IMG/VR virus record: IMGVR_UViG_3300009512_000012
Source: an uncultured virus (IMG/VR IMGVR_UViG_3300009512_000012)
Taxonomy: Duplodnaviria; Heunggongvirae; Uroviricota; Caudoviricetes
Length of the DNA stretch: 64,000 nucleotides
Direction: 5' to 3' (one strand)
Part shown: one piece after another, positions 1-9,378 of the stretch
Layout of the letters: each line of letters starts with the position of its first letter
Numbering within the stretch: position 1 is the stretch's first letter
The notes under the pieces: model-generated
Told to the model about the DNA's origin: nothing
Databases searched by the model: none
Seen by the model: the letters and a program-made list of their open reading frames with translations, nothing else
Translations under genes and position numbers: made by a program

Positions 1-111
1 TCTGTAACCTGTGGACGAACCTCCACCTCCAGCGAAAGTAGAGATTACTCTAAACTTTTCTAATGCTTCTCCAGCATAAACGTCTTTAAGTAAGTAGGGT
101 TTGTATTTCAT
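1..111 (-). CDS. DNA (cytosine-5)-methyltransferase, N-terminus only (runs off window edge)
   Basis: Manual translation from ATG at 111 gives MKYKPYLLKDVYAGEALEKFRVISTFAGGGGSSTGYR, containing C5-MTase motif I (FAGxGG). ATGA overlap with the upstream gene. Not in the ORF track. Confidence 0.8.
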   Translation of the reverse strand, partial: MKYKPYLLKDVYAGEALEKFRVISTFAGGGGSSTGYR

Positions 112-929
112 ATAAAACTTTCAAGTGTGCCTTTTGATTGAACTATATTAGACCAATCTCGACATACATCCATTATTCTTTTTCTATTGTATAGGTTTAT
201 CTCTCTATTGTCAAGGAGTTTTTCAAAAATAATTGGTATATCTGCAACTAATTGTAAATTCAAGTGTTTCTTGAGTTTTAACTCATCAAACTCAGGATAA
301 TGTTGTCTAATTAAGTGTTTTTCATAAGGTTTATTGATACCATCCCAATCAAACTGTATGAAATAATCAAACACTTCCTTATTTAAATAAGGGGCAATAA
401 AGATTTTATCGTACTTTTTACTCAATAGTTCTAATTGTCGCACCCCAGCTGGATTATCAATTTTAAAGTAATCAGTTCTAAATTTATCAAACTTTTCTTT
501 TGTGTGTTTGAAATGTATCATTGCCTTTTTACTTAAACCATAATGGCCATCAGCGGCAACACCAGATATAACAACTTTTTCCTTTATCTTTGGAAACATG
601 TATAAAAATGGCCAAGTACATTCAAAGTGAACTTTCTTTTTACAATTCATTTCATAAGCCATCATTTTAAAGTCTTCAACCAAATTATCTATTGGTACTG
701 CAACACTTGTAAATGGAATATTAAACTTTTCGCAAACCTCTTGTGCCTTTAGTGAATCATATGTAGGATTGCCTTCTATGTGAAAAGAGTAACCATGAAC
801 GGATAGACCTAGTTTGTACGATGTAAATAAACAAGTATTACTATCAACACCACCAGAGAGCAACACAGCGATATCATTATTTTCATTTCTTTCCTTTTGT
901 ATAATATTTTCTAATAATTTATTAATCAT
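108..929 (-). CDS. PP-loop (adenine nucleotide alpha-hydrolase) protein, asparagine-synthase C-terminal-like, no glutaminase domain
   Basis: LLSGGVDS PP-loop, VISGVAADGHYG (cf. SGEGADE of AsnB), APYL...F and EK.LIR motifs; 273 aa. Confidence 0.75.
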   Translation of the reverse strand: MINKLLENIIQKERNENNDIAVLLSGGVDSNTCLFTSYKLGLSVHGYSFHIEGNPTYDSLKAQEVCEKFNIPFTSVAVPIDNLVEDFKMMAYEMNCKKKVHFECTWPFLYMFPKIKEKVVISGVAADGHYGLSKKAMIHFKHTKEKFDKFRTDYFKIDNPAGVRQLELLSKKYDKIFIAPYLNKEVFDYFIQFDWDGINKPYEKHLIRQHYPEFDELKLKKHLNLQLVADIPIIFEKLLDNREINLYNRKRIMDVCRDWSNIVQSKGTLESFI

Positions 930-1147
930 CTTTTCCTCCTAAAGTATCTCCTCCATAATGCTGACCTTGTCATTGACACTATGGTAAATATTATTGCAAT
1001 TTGAAAATTCTCAAAAATAGTAGGATGCATATCAAACAATGGAAACACAGTTAGTTGTATTATAATGGCTAAAAAGAAACCACTACCTACATCTATTACA
1101 CTTTCAATTATATCTCTATTGCCAAACATCAAAACTCTCTTTACCAT
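926..1147 (-). CDS. small membrane protein (two hydrophobic segments)
   Basis: 73 aa, two hydrophobic stretches, basic C-terminus (WRRYFRRKR); ATGA overlap with next gene. Confidence 0.65.
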   Translation of the reverse strand: MVKRVLMFGNRDIIESVIDVGSGFFLAIIIQLTVFPLFDMHPTIFENFQIAIIFTIVSMTRSALWRRYFRRKR

Positions 1148-1259
1148 GAACTATACCTTCGATATTGCATATATCAATAGGATTAATTTGTACACTTCGT
1201 AAAGAAGAAAGTTTATCAATTGCACCTGATGATTGTTCTTTCCTAATACTATTTAGCAT
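1116..1259 (-). pseudogene. 47-aa ORF, possible truncated radical SAM gene remnant
   Basis: TAATG-coupled to the gp43 stop. MLNSIRKEQSSGAIDKLSSLRSVQINPIDICN... resembles the run-up to a CxxxCxxC motif but breaks after the first Cys-Asn. Confidence 0.35.
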
Positions 1260-3733
1260 TACGAAAAGAAGTCCTCTAAAGAACCTGATGTACCATAAGT
1301 TCTATCAACATTCCAATGAATCTTTTCAATAATAAAGTTTAATGGTTCAATAAATGATTTTTCAAACTGCAATTCATAATCAACTTTAAAGTCAAGTTGT
1401 TTAGGAAGTTTTGTAATAAACGAAATGGCTGATGATTGATATATATTTGGAAGTTTAAGGTATAAGAATTTAATTTTATCACCCTCGTTGATATAAGGAA
1501 AAATATTTCCTAAATTGTTTTTCTTAATTAAATGATTGTAAAGAATACCACCCTTAACATGTATGGGAGCACCTTTTTTAAATAACGTGTGTGTCTCTGA
1601 CCATTTACCTATACCATTTACACTTCTAGGATATGCAATCTCTTCAGGTGCAAGTGTAAGAAACTTTTTACGAAAGTCTTGTATAAATGTATTTAATTCT
1701 TTTTCATCACCAGACATCATAATCTTTAATGCCTCTTTAATCTTTGCACGACAAGGTGCTGGTGTTGATGACTTAACTGCTTCAATACCCATAATCTTTA
1801 GAGTTGGTTCTTTGTAACGTACTCCTTCAACATCCCATGCATTGAGGATATATCTTTTCTTTGCAGTCCAAATACCTTTATCAGCAATTACTTCTCGTTT
1901 CATTTGCATTTTATTTTCATATGCATGAAGATAATCAGCAAGTTCTTGATATGATTTATCAATGAAAGGTTCTATCTTTTCTTTTGCGATGGTATTTAAA
2001 AAGTCTACAGGATTTTTAGGTTTAACTTTTTCTATTAATGTATCAAATGTAATATAAACAGAATCAGTATCAGACGCAAGAACATAGTCAACCTTTTCTG
2101 TTTTAAGAATACTATTCATATATTCATTAATCTTTTTTTCAATCCAACGAATAGACAACTGACCAGAAGTAGTAATTGCTTCAGCCATTGTATTAGAATA
2201 ATATCTAAACCAATTGTTACCAATTGCACCATAGGCCGAGTTTAAAGAAATCTTTTTTGCCATTTGAATATTATTAAATGTAGAAATTTGTTTTTCATAC
2301 TTCTTGTCTTTTGTATTAACAAGATTTTGTTTTGCTTCAAGCATATACTTTTTATACTTAACTCTATCATCATACATTGTTTGCATCATCTCTGGTAAGA
2401 AACCTTTTTTATCAGTTCTAAACAAAGCACCATTTGGTGTCATCGTTGTATTTTTAAGAATAGAAGTATCAATCTTTTTGTCTAAGAGTTTATCAACTGT
2501 CATATTAGGAACAGTCTTTTCACTTTTCATAGTTTCAGGTGAAATGTTATATTGCATAATTAAGTGTGGATATAATGAATTTAAATCAAAAGATAATACC
2601 CATTTATGCATACCTGTTTGTGGGTCTTTTACATATGCACCCTCATACTTGTCTGACTTTTCACTATATGTTTTTTGTGGAATAACAATATTCCTATCCA
2701 TTAGATAATTGTGAATAAGAATATCCCAATACTTAACCGAACCTAAAACATCTGTGTAATTAACTTTTGCATCATAAGCCATGGTTAAACATAATTCAAT
2801 AAGTTTCATTTTGTCTTCTAGTTTATCAACAATTTCCACGTCCATAATATTATAATCAATAAACGATTGAAAATCTTTTTGATACCATTCACTAAATGTT
2901 TCATAAGGATTACCATCTTTATTTTCACCTAGTTCAACATTAGCGATGTGGTCAAGACGATATGATTCTTGATTTGTGTAAGTAAACTTTCTGTACAAGT
3001 CATAGTAATCAAGTGCGGCAATACCTTGAATATCAAACACCTGATGATTACGACCCATTTTGTAAATAGTTCTTGCTTGAACTGAACCCCATGGTGAAAG
3101 TCTTTTTAACTGTTGTTCATCAAAGAGTTTGTTAATACGATTACACAGATAAGGTATATCAAAAAATTCAGTATTCCAACCAGTAATAATATCAGGTTGA
3201 TTGTGTTGCCAGAATTTTAGAAATTCAAATATAAGTTCTTTTTCAGTTTCACATTTTACATATGCAACATCAGGTCTAGTACTTTTGTATTCACCAACAC
3301 CCCAAACAAAGATTTGTTTATTTGCATGATTCTTTATAGTAATAGAAAGCAATTCATCATTTGCGTCTTGTGGGTTAGGAAATCCATTATCACATTTAAC
3401 TTCGATATCAATAGTTGCTATAAGAATATCATCTAGTGACCATTCAAGATTTCGATAGTTTTCATATAAGAAAGAATATTGGTATTGTGTATTACCATAA
3501 ATGAGATGTGGTTGTTGTTTATACTGTTCAACCCATTCCTTTGAATCTTTAATAGATAAATGTTTTATAGGTGTGACATATTTACCATCAAGTGTTTTAA
3601 ACTTAGTTTCACGCATAACAGGTGAATATAGAGTAGGTGTGTATTTAACCTTTCTATTGATACGTTGGCCGTCTACAACCTCACGTAATAGTAGATTGTT
3701 TCCCCATTGGGAAACATTAGTATAAAATTTCAT
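1259..3733 (-). CDS. 43: family B DNA polymerase (T4 gp43)
   Basis: DIEV exonuclease motif, SFDLNSLYP, KISLNSAYG, SDTDS, KKRY; 824 aa, uninterrupted. Confidence 0.98.
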   Translation of the reverse strand: MKFYTNVSQWGNNLLLREVVDGQRINRKVKYTPTLYSPVMRETKFKTLDGKYVTPIKHLSIKDSKEWVEQYKQQPHLIYGNTQYQYSFLYENYRNLEWSLDDILIATIDIEVKCDNGFPNPQDANDELLSITIKNHANKQIFVWGVGEYKSTRPDVAYVKCETEKELIFEFLKFWQHNQPDIITGWNTEFFDIPYLCNRINKLFDEQQLKRLSPWGSVQARTIYKMGRNHQVFDIQGIAALDYYDLYRKFTYTNQESYRLDHIANVELGENKDGNPYETFSEWYQKDFQSFIDYNIMDVEIVDKLEDKMKLIELCLTMAYDAKVNYTDVLGSVKYWDILIHNYLMDRNIVIPQKTYSEKSDKYEGAYVKDPQTGMHKWVLSFDLNSLYPHLIMQYNISPETMKSEKTVPNMTVDKLLDKKIDTSILKNTTMTPNGALFRTDKKGFLPEMMQTMYDDRVKYKKYMLEAKQNLVNTKDKKYEKQISTFNNIQMAKKISLNSAYGAIGNNWFRYYSNTMAEAITTSGQLSIRWIEKKINEYMNSILKTEKVDYVLASDTDSVYITFDTLIEKVKPKNPVDFLNTIAKEKIEPFIDKSYQELADYLHAYENKMQMKREVIADKGIWTAKKRYILNAWDVEGVRYKEPTLKIMGIEAVKSSTPAPCRAKIKEALKIMMSGDEKELNTFIQDFRKKFLTLAPEEIAYPRSVNGIGKWSETHTLFKKGAPIHVKGGILYNHLIKKNNLGNIFPYINEGDKIKFLYLKLPNIYQSSAISFITKLPKQLDFKVDYELQFEKSFIEPLNFIIEKIHWNVDRTYGTSGSLEDFFS

Positions 3734-3739
3734 ATTTGT

Positions 3740-3768
3740 ACTGTACCATAATTAAGTGTGAAAGTCAA
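3740..3768 (-). promoter_or_regulatory. sigma70-like promoter for gp43
   Basis: TTGACT-17bp-TACAGT with TG extension; -10 ends 6 nt before the ATG. Confidence 0.6.
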
Positions 3769-4970
3769 GAGAAATAATTAATAAGTTCTCCGTCTCTTTC
3801 TAAGTCAACTGAACAACAATGAGCACCACCAGACCATAAGACGTTCCAGCGATTAACCCAAGGTATCATGTCAATATTATATTTTTTTAGTTTATCTGCT
3901 AAGTTTTTATCATACCCAGAGGTTATAATTGTATTTTCATCTAAAGATAATACATTACAATCGAATCTAGTTTCTTGAGAAACACCAAGTAAATGTTCTA
4001 AAGGATATTTATTCTTTAATCCTCTTTCTTCGCATAGTTCTTTAATTGTCTTACCAGTAAAGTTTGCTGATTCATCAATCAAAATAATATCCCAATTGTT
4101 ATCTTTCATAATTTGAGGTACATACTTTTCATGCCAAGTAATAACCAAGCCAGGTCTTAAAATAGCAAACTTACCATCAACATGGCCATATGCATTTAAA
4201 GATAAAAACTCATGTTTAGGAAATTCTCTTTTCCACCACTCTAATCCATTTTCAGTTATACAAATTTTAGAATGTTCTTTAATGTCTAACAGTTCATCTG
4301 GTTTGGCATGTGTATGAAAAATATGTTTACCACACTTATAGAATGCAGCAGTATCGCCAACAAATTCTCTAGCCTTATTATAAATTTTAATTGTTTTATT
4401 TGCAGTTGTGTTTCTTGATTCAATATCATCAACAGAGTTATTCCAATCCTCTGCTATCTCTGTAATCACAGGTGGCATTGCAATAAATCTAGCACCATCA
4501 TTAAATTCATCTAACAAAACTTCTCGATGATTAAAATTTTCAATACGTCTATCGTGTGATGCTGTATTTATTTCAAAAATAGTATTACCTATCTTTCCAA
4601 CTGTATCACGACATTGCATTGGATGTTCTAATTGTCTTTCAACACCATACCTAAGATTTGGTCGAACAACTTCAGCACCAAAAGATTTACAAATATCTGC
4701 TAGTGCGTTAAGGTCTTCATTTGTTTCATCATGAACTTTTTTTAATACATCAATTGTAGGTGAATCGAATATATCGAATAAACTTTCAGCAGTACTTCTT
4801 ATGTGATTTGAAACATTATTATCTAGATATTTGTTATATCTATGATTTACTTCATGTTCATAATCAAGTAATATTTTTAATTTATTGTCGTCAAGTATGT
4901 GGTCAACTTTAAAAGATTTTCCTATTAAAACCTTTTTTAGTTTAGTCCACTCATCATAAACTGTTTTCAT
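3765..4970 (-). CDS. amidinotransferase (glycine/inosamine-phosphate amidinotransferase family)
   Basis: VYDEWTKLKKVLIG N-terminus, CRD, HVDG..ILRPGL, CNVLSLDE and GGAHCCSVDL catalytic Cys. Start at 4970 preferred (ORF open to 4985). Confidence 0.88.
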   Translation of the reverse strand: MKTVYDEWTKLKKVLIGKSFKVDHILDDNKLKILLDYEHEVNHRYNKYLDNNVSNHIRSTAESLFDIFDSPTIDVLKKVHDETNEDLNALADICKSFGAEVVRPNLRYGVERQLEHPMQCRDTVGKIGNTIFEINTASHDRRIENFNHREVLLDEFNDGARFIAMPPVITEIAEDWNNSVDDIESRNTTANKTIKIYNKAREFVGDTAAFYKCGKHIFHTHAKPDELLDIKEHSKICITENGLEWWKREFPKHEFLSLNAYGHVDGKFAILRPGLVITWHEKYVPQIMKDNNWDIILIDESANFTGKTIKELCEERGLKNKYPLEHLLGVSQETRFDCNVLSLDENTIITSGYDKNLADKLKKYNIDMIPWVNRWNVLWSGGAHCCSVDLERDGELINYFS

Positions 4971-5376
4971 CCCTAGTCTTCCCAATATTATATTTTGTTT
5001 CCAAATTCCACTCCGACTTTTCTTTAAAACTTATTATTTTGATTTGACTTAAAGGTGACATCTCTCCGATTTCACCAACAACATCTATTAGACCCCAATC
5101 TTTTAATAGACTAGCAATCCTATTTCTTCTTGATATGTCATTCTCTGTAAGGTTTGTTTCTTTGCCGTCTAAAGCAAATAGTTCTTTAAAGTGAACTATG
5201 TAATACTTACCTTGTTTATGAAGAATATGACACGATTGATATAACTTTTTTTCTTTTCTTGAAGCAACACCGATTCTAGATAATGTTTCTCTAACTTTTA
5301 GAAAATCATCTGGCTCTTTTAATGTTACCTCAAGCATTTGGTCTTTATTAAAACTAACGCTTTCCATTTTTTCCAC
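4954..5376 (-). CDS. regA: translational repressor RegA
   Basis: DDFLKVRETLSRIG, LYQSCHILHKQGKYYIVHFKELF; canonical position after gp62. Confidence 0.97.
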   Translation of the reverse strand: MEKMESVSFNKDQMLEVTLKEPDDFLKVRETLSRIGVASRKEKKLYQSCHILHKQGKYYIVHFKELFALDGKETNLTENDISRRNRIASLLKDWGLIDVVGEIGEMSPLSQIKIISFKEKSEWNLETKYNIGKTRDENSL

Positions 5377-5749
5377 CCCTGTTCAATTTTTGTTTTATGT
5401 AATCTATTTGTTCATTACTAAGCATGTCAAGAGCAGATTTTGCCTTTTCATTACTATAACCATAATACTCTTTTACATACTCCAAGTTTTTAGATTTGCT
5501 CGATTTCATCCATGGTGCAAATCTTTTTCGTGTTCGCAAACTATTTAGTAAAAAATTATATTGAAGTTTGTTGTTTAAGTGGTGTCTTATGTTCATTTCA
5601 TTGACAAGCATAATAGTATCGCCAAAGGGGGCAAGACATTTGTTGACAATATAAGCAGGGTATTTCTTTTCCCATGCTACGTCATCTGTATCCATTAGAT
5701 TATTTTTTTGATAATTAATAGAGTTTAGATATTCTTTCAATTCATACAT
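5354..5749 (-). CDS. 62: clamp loader small subunit (gp62)
   Basis: KRFAPW.K, VKEYYGYSNEKAK.AL; start MYELKEYL at 5749 preferred. Confidence 0.93.
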   Translation of the reverse strand: MYELKEYLNSINYQKNNLMDTDDVAWEKKYPAYIVNKCLAPFGDTIMLVNEMNIRHHLNNKLQYNFLLNSLRTRKRFAPWMKSSKSKNLEYVKEYYGYSNEKAKSALDMLSNEQIDYIKQKLNRGGKNGKR

Positions 5750-6785
5750 TCCGAATACTCCATTTGTAAGTTTCAATTAAATGACTTAGTGCATCCATAT
5801 ACTTTAAATCACCTTCTTGAGGTTCAATTTCTTTCATGTTTTTTAGGGCGTCATCAATTGTTGATTGATAACAGTTACCTAAGATGTGTCTGTCACTACC
5901 AGGTCTATCTAAAAATGCAGCTCCTGTATAACAGTATATATCACCTTTAGGGTCAATATAAACCTTTGTTTGTGGTGATTGTTTACTATCTAGATGTTTT
6001 AATTCACATCTAACTAGTTTAGTTTCTTTACCATTCATTAAGTCATACATTGAATAACCATAATGAACTTTTACACCTCGTTTATTTGCAAGGTCATAAA
6101 ACTTATTTAAAATATCAGTAAACCTTTTTCTATCCTCTATAGGATATTGTGCTGACCAATCTTCTCGTAAACTTAATTCTTCAACACCACCAATATCCTC
6201 AATGTAATCTAATATCAATGGTAGTTTATAATAGTTAGTAGGTAATAATACCCAATTTAATTTTACTTTTCTTTTCATACTTGTCAAGTTATCTTTAACT
6301 TGATTAAATCCTTTTGGATTTCTAGTTGTTATTGTATACTCTTCTTCATCTACACCATACAAAGATATTCTAATTGTATCAAGTTTTTCTACATAAGGAT
6401 TCTTTTTTAAATACTTTGGTGTCATCATAAATCCATTTGTAATCAATCTCGACTTCATACCAACATCAAGTAAATCTCTACAAATTAAATCAAAGTAAGG
6501 ACTTGTTAGTGGTTCTAATCCACCACCGATATTAATTGTTGCACGTCCTTTATTTTGATAAATGATATCTTTAAATACATGATAATATTTTTCATCGTTT
6601 TTAAAAGCTGCATCATAGTTACGACCACAAAAAGTACATTTGTACATGCAAGAAATACCTGGTAATAAAACTATAGTATGTGGGTATCGGTACTCACCAT
6701 TAACTGCTGAATCCATGTGTGAACCAAATGAATTAATAGTTTCTAATTGTTCAGTTGAAAAATTTTCTAACATACTCTCTACCAT
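5742..6785 (-). CDS. DesII-like radical SAM enzyme (NDP-4-amino-4,6-dideoxyhexose ammonia-lyase family)
   Basis: YP..I.L.PG.SCMYKCTFC, GGLEPLT.P, IRISLYG.D.EEY..TT, LREDWS and D..GD.Y.Y..A.F.D..G..R.I.G match the motif series I recall for Streptomyces DesII. Confidence 0.8.
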   Translation of the reverse strand: MVESMLENFSTEQLETINSFGSHMDSAVNGEYRYPHTIVLLPGISCMYKCTFCGRNYDAAFKNDEKYYHVFKDIIYQNKGRATINIGGGLEPLTSPYFDLICRDLLDVGMKSRLITNGFMMTPKYLKKNPYVEKLDTIRISLYGVDEEEYTITTRNPKGFNQVKDNLTSMKRKVKLNWVLLPTNYYKLPLILDYIEDIGGVEELSLREDWSAQYPIEDRKRFTDILNKFYDLANKRGVKVHYGYSMYDLMNGKETKLVRCELKHLDSKQSPQTKVYIDPKGDIYCYTGAAFLDRPGSDRHILGNCYQSTIDDALKNMKEIEPQEGDLKYMDALSHLIETYKWSIRNV

Positions 6786-7788
6786 TCATATTATATTGTT
6801 TTACTTTTAATTTTTTACTATATTCAATTGCATCATTTAATGTATCTATATTAATATCATCATACAATAAAGCTTTACCGCCACCTTCTATTTCATAGTG
6901 GTCTGCCCTATACTTTTGTTCATGACTTATTATCTCGCCATAATTATCCCAAACACTCCCATTATTAAATTGTTTAGGTATCATAACACAAGGTGTTTTT
7001 GTTAAATTAACATCCAACCAAGTACCAGCACCTATTTCACTTATTGATACCTCATGATATGCCAATAATTCTCTATACTCATTAATAGTTGGTTTATGAA
7101 TAACAGTTCCACAATCAACAAGTTTGGTCATCATTTCGTTTGAAGTTTTGTCACCAACAATATAAGTCCATTGACCACCAATCTTTTTTTGCAATTCAAG
7201 TGCTGTGTTGTAATACTTTTCTATATGTGGATACCAATCTCCACCAGAAACAATGATACCATTTCGGTCTTCTTCGTGTTTAAAAGATTGTGTTACATAA
7301 TTTGTACTAATAAAATCTACATCTATAATTGGATTGTGAATAATTGTTTTGGGGTTTATGAAATTGTTATCTGTGTGAAATAATACACCATTGTAATACT
7401 CATTTAAAACACTTGCATGAAATCTAGATTGTTCAGGTTCAACCCAAGGAATATCTCTGTCTAAAGAATAGATACCCTTGCTATGGCTCTTAGCATCGTC
7501 TAAAATATCAATAATACCACCATGTTCAAGTGTTTTATTAAAATGTGGATGCCATCCATATCGTCCAAAAGGAAAACCTTCGGTGACAATTATATCAGGG
7601 TTGTAGTCTTTATACATTTGTAGTAAGTCATTCTTTTCATAATTAAAAAAATCTATATCTAAACCTACACCAGTAAAACTTTTAGTGATAACTCTAGAAT
7701 CATCTATGTAATTGTTAAAGGCATTGACACGACTATGATGTCCTTTACCCACATTACTTTGTACTAGGAATAATGTCTTCATTTTCAA
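6751..7788 (-). CDS. GT-B glycosyltransferase (GT28 C-terminal-like)
   Basis: G.GH..R N-terminal motif, PDIIVTEGFPFGR, IIVSGG, SISEIG..T, PCVMIP, EQ.YRA. Confidence 0.8.
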   Translation of the reverse strand: MKMKTLFLVQSNVGKGHHSRVNAFNNYIDDSRVITKSFTGVGLDIDFFNYEKNDLLQMYKDYNPDIIVTEGFPFGRYGWHPHFNKTLEHGGIIDILDDAKSHSKGIYSLDRDIPWVEPEQSRFHASVLNEYYNGVLFHTDNNFINPKTIIHNPIIDVDFISTNYVTQSFKHEEDRNGIIVSGGDWYPHIEKYYNTALELQKKIGGQWTYIVGDKTSNEMMTKLVDCGTVIHKPTINEYRELLAYHEVSISEIGAGTWLDVNLTKTPCVMIPKQFNNGSVWDNYGEIISHEQKYRADHYEIEGGGKALLYDDINIDTLNDAIEYSKKLKVKQYNMNGREYVRKFFN

Positions 7789-8443
7789 ATACAGTTGTTA
7801 TTTCAGTAATTGGTGAATACCAATCCCATTTTCTTCTAGGGTCAGGTTCTTTGTCCTTTACTATTTCAAAGTTTTTTAAACCTAATTCTGCTTTATCATT
7901 TGTCATGTAATAATGATATCCCATATTAATTTTTTGTTTATAGTATGGTGTATCCGTTCTATCTCTACCATCATATGTTAATTTAATTAAGTGTTCATAA
8001 TCATCTTTATTATCAAGTAGAATAATTCCACCCCTATCAGTTGACAAATGTTTTTTTCTAAAAAAACTAATACACATTAATGTACCAGGTACATAACCAT
8101 CTCTTTTCCAATAGACGGCTGCATCAACTACTCTTTCGGTTAAATGATAATATCCTACCCACTCTTCATCAGTAAATTTAAACTCCCAATTGTTTTTCTT
8201 TAACATGAAAGGAACTGAAAGGTATGTGTACACAGGTACTTTTATTTCACCACTAACAATACTATTTGTCCTTAGTCTAGGTGATATATTAGAAAATGTT
8301 TTTGTTTCAAAAGATTGATTTGATATCCTAAGTGAAAGTTCTATAGCATTGGTACAACAATCAGTTGCCACTGCATATGGAGCTCCAAAGAAATCTGCAA
8401 TAGTTCTTTCAAACTTTTCTACTGAAACAAAATCTTCTTTCAT
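7754..8443 (-). CDS. DegT/DnrJ/EryC1/StrS-family PLP aminotransferase (short form)
   Basis: FE..IA.F.GAPYAVA..CT.A..L, VP.YTY.S, DAA (PLP Asp), SF..KK.L....GG (Schiff-base Lys), GYHYYM; 229 aa. Confidence 0.88.
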   Translation of the reverse strand: MKEDFVSVEKFERTIADFFGAPYAVATDCCTNAIELSLRISNQSFETKTFSNISPRLRTNSIVSGEIKVPVYTYLSVPFMLKKNNWEFKFTDEEWVGYYHLTERVVDAAVYWKRDGYVPGTLMCISFFRKKHLSTDRGGIILLDNKDDYEHLIKLTYDGRDRTDTPYYKQKINMGYHYYMTNDKAELGLKNFEIVKDKEPDPRRKWDWYSPITEITTVFENEDIIPSTK

Positions 8444-9375
8444 TTAAATTTTACTTGAGACATTAGTTCTGTCATACAAGCCAGTAGGTTAATTTCTTGG
8501 TCAGCCGCAAATGCTGATTTGTATTGATAATCAGCGAGTATAAGTGTTGCATGAGGAATAGTAGAATGGTCAATAGAAGTGTAAAGAGAATCATAGATTG
8601 TTCTAATAATTCTAGTAGCATCGTTATCAAGATTATTAACAATCCATTTACGAACATGAGTAAATTCTTTTGCCTTTAAGAAACCCATAAGTTCTTTGAC
8701 ATTCTCATTACTAATATTAACAAGAATACCTGCATCGATTTGACCAGATGTAGAATATCTCTGTAATTCATTTAATACTCTTCTCCAATCAGGAAAGTGA
8801 GCATTGATTAGTTCTGCAACTGCCTTAGGTTCTGATTTAATATTCTCTTGTTTTAAAATATTAAGAACTCTTTTAAAGAATTTTTCAGCAAGTTGTACTC
8901 TCTCACCATTACGAATTGTAAAGTCCACATTAGAACATCTTGATTGTAAAGGGTCAATTAATCTATTCTTGTAATTACAAGTAAGAATAAACCCACAGTT
9001 CTTATGAAACTCTTCCATAAACCCACGAAGGGCAGGTTGAGTAGATTGTGGATTTAAATAATCTGCCTCATCTAAGATGATATACTTACGGCCACCTTCT
9101 AGTGATACAGTTGATGCAAAGTTTTTAATCTTAGTTCTAAGAACATCTATACCAGATTCCTCTGAACCATTTATCATCATCCAAGTACTACCAATTTGTT
9201 CAACCATTGCTTTTGCAATTGTTGTCTTACCAGTTCCAGCAGAACCAGATAAAATTAAATTGGGTATATGTTTGTCATTAACAAACTCTTGAAAAGTAGT
9301 TTTAAGTTTACTAGGTAATATACATTCTTCTACCGTTGATGGTCGATACTTCTCGACCCATAAAAATGTTTCCAT
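8440..9375 (-). CDS. 44: clamp loader large subunit (gp44)
   Basis: LWVEKYRP, GSAGTGKTT, IILDEAD, LQSRC, FPDWRR. Confidence 0.97.
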   Translation of the reverse strand: METFLWVEKYRPSTVEECILPSKLKTTFQEFVNDKHIPNLILSGSAGTGKTTIAKAMVEQIGSTWMMINGSEESGIDVLRTKIKNFASTVSLEGGRKYIILDEADYLNPQSTQPALRGFMEEFHKNCGFILTCNYKNRLIDPLQSRCSNVDFTIRNGERVQLAEKFFKRVLNILKQENIKSEPKAVAELINAHFPDWRRVLNELQRYSTSGQIDAGILVNISNENVKELMGFLKAKEFTHVRKWIVNNLDNDATRIIRTIYDSLYTSIDHSTIPHATLILADYQYKSAFAADQEINLLACMTELMSQVKFK

Positions 9376-9378
9376 AGA

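Noticed and set aside
108..929. QueC / 7-deazaguanine pathway assignment
   Set aside because: The PP-loop is shared, but the QueC C-terminal Cys cluster is missing and no queD/queE/folE/dpdA is seen in the window.
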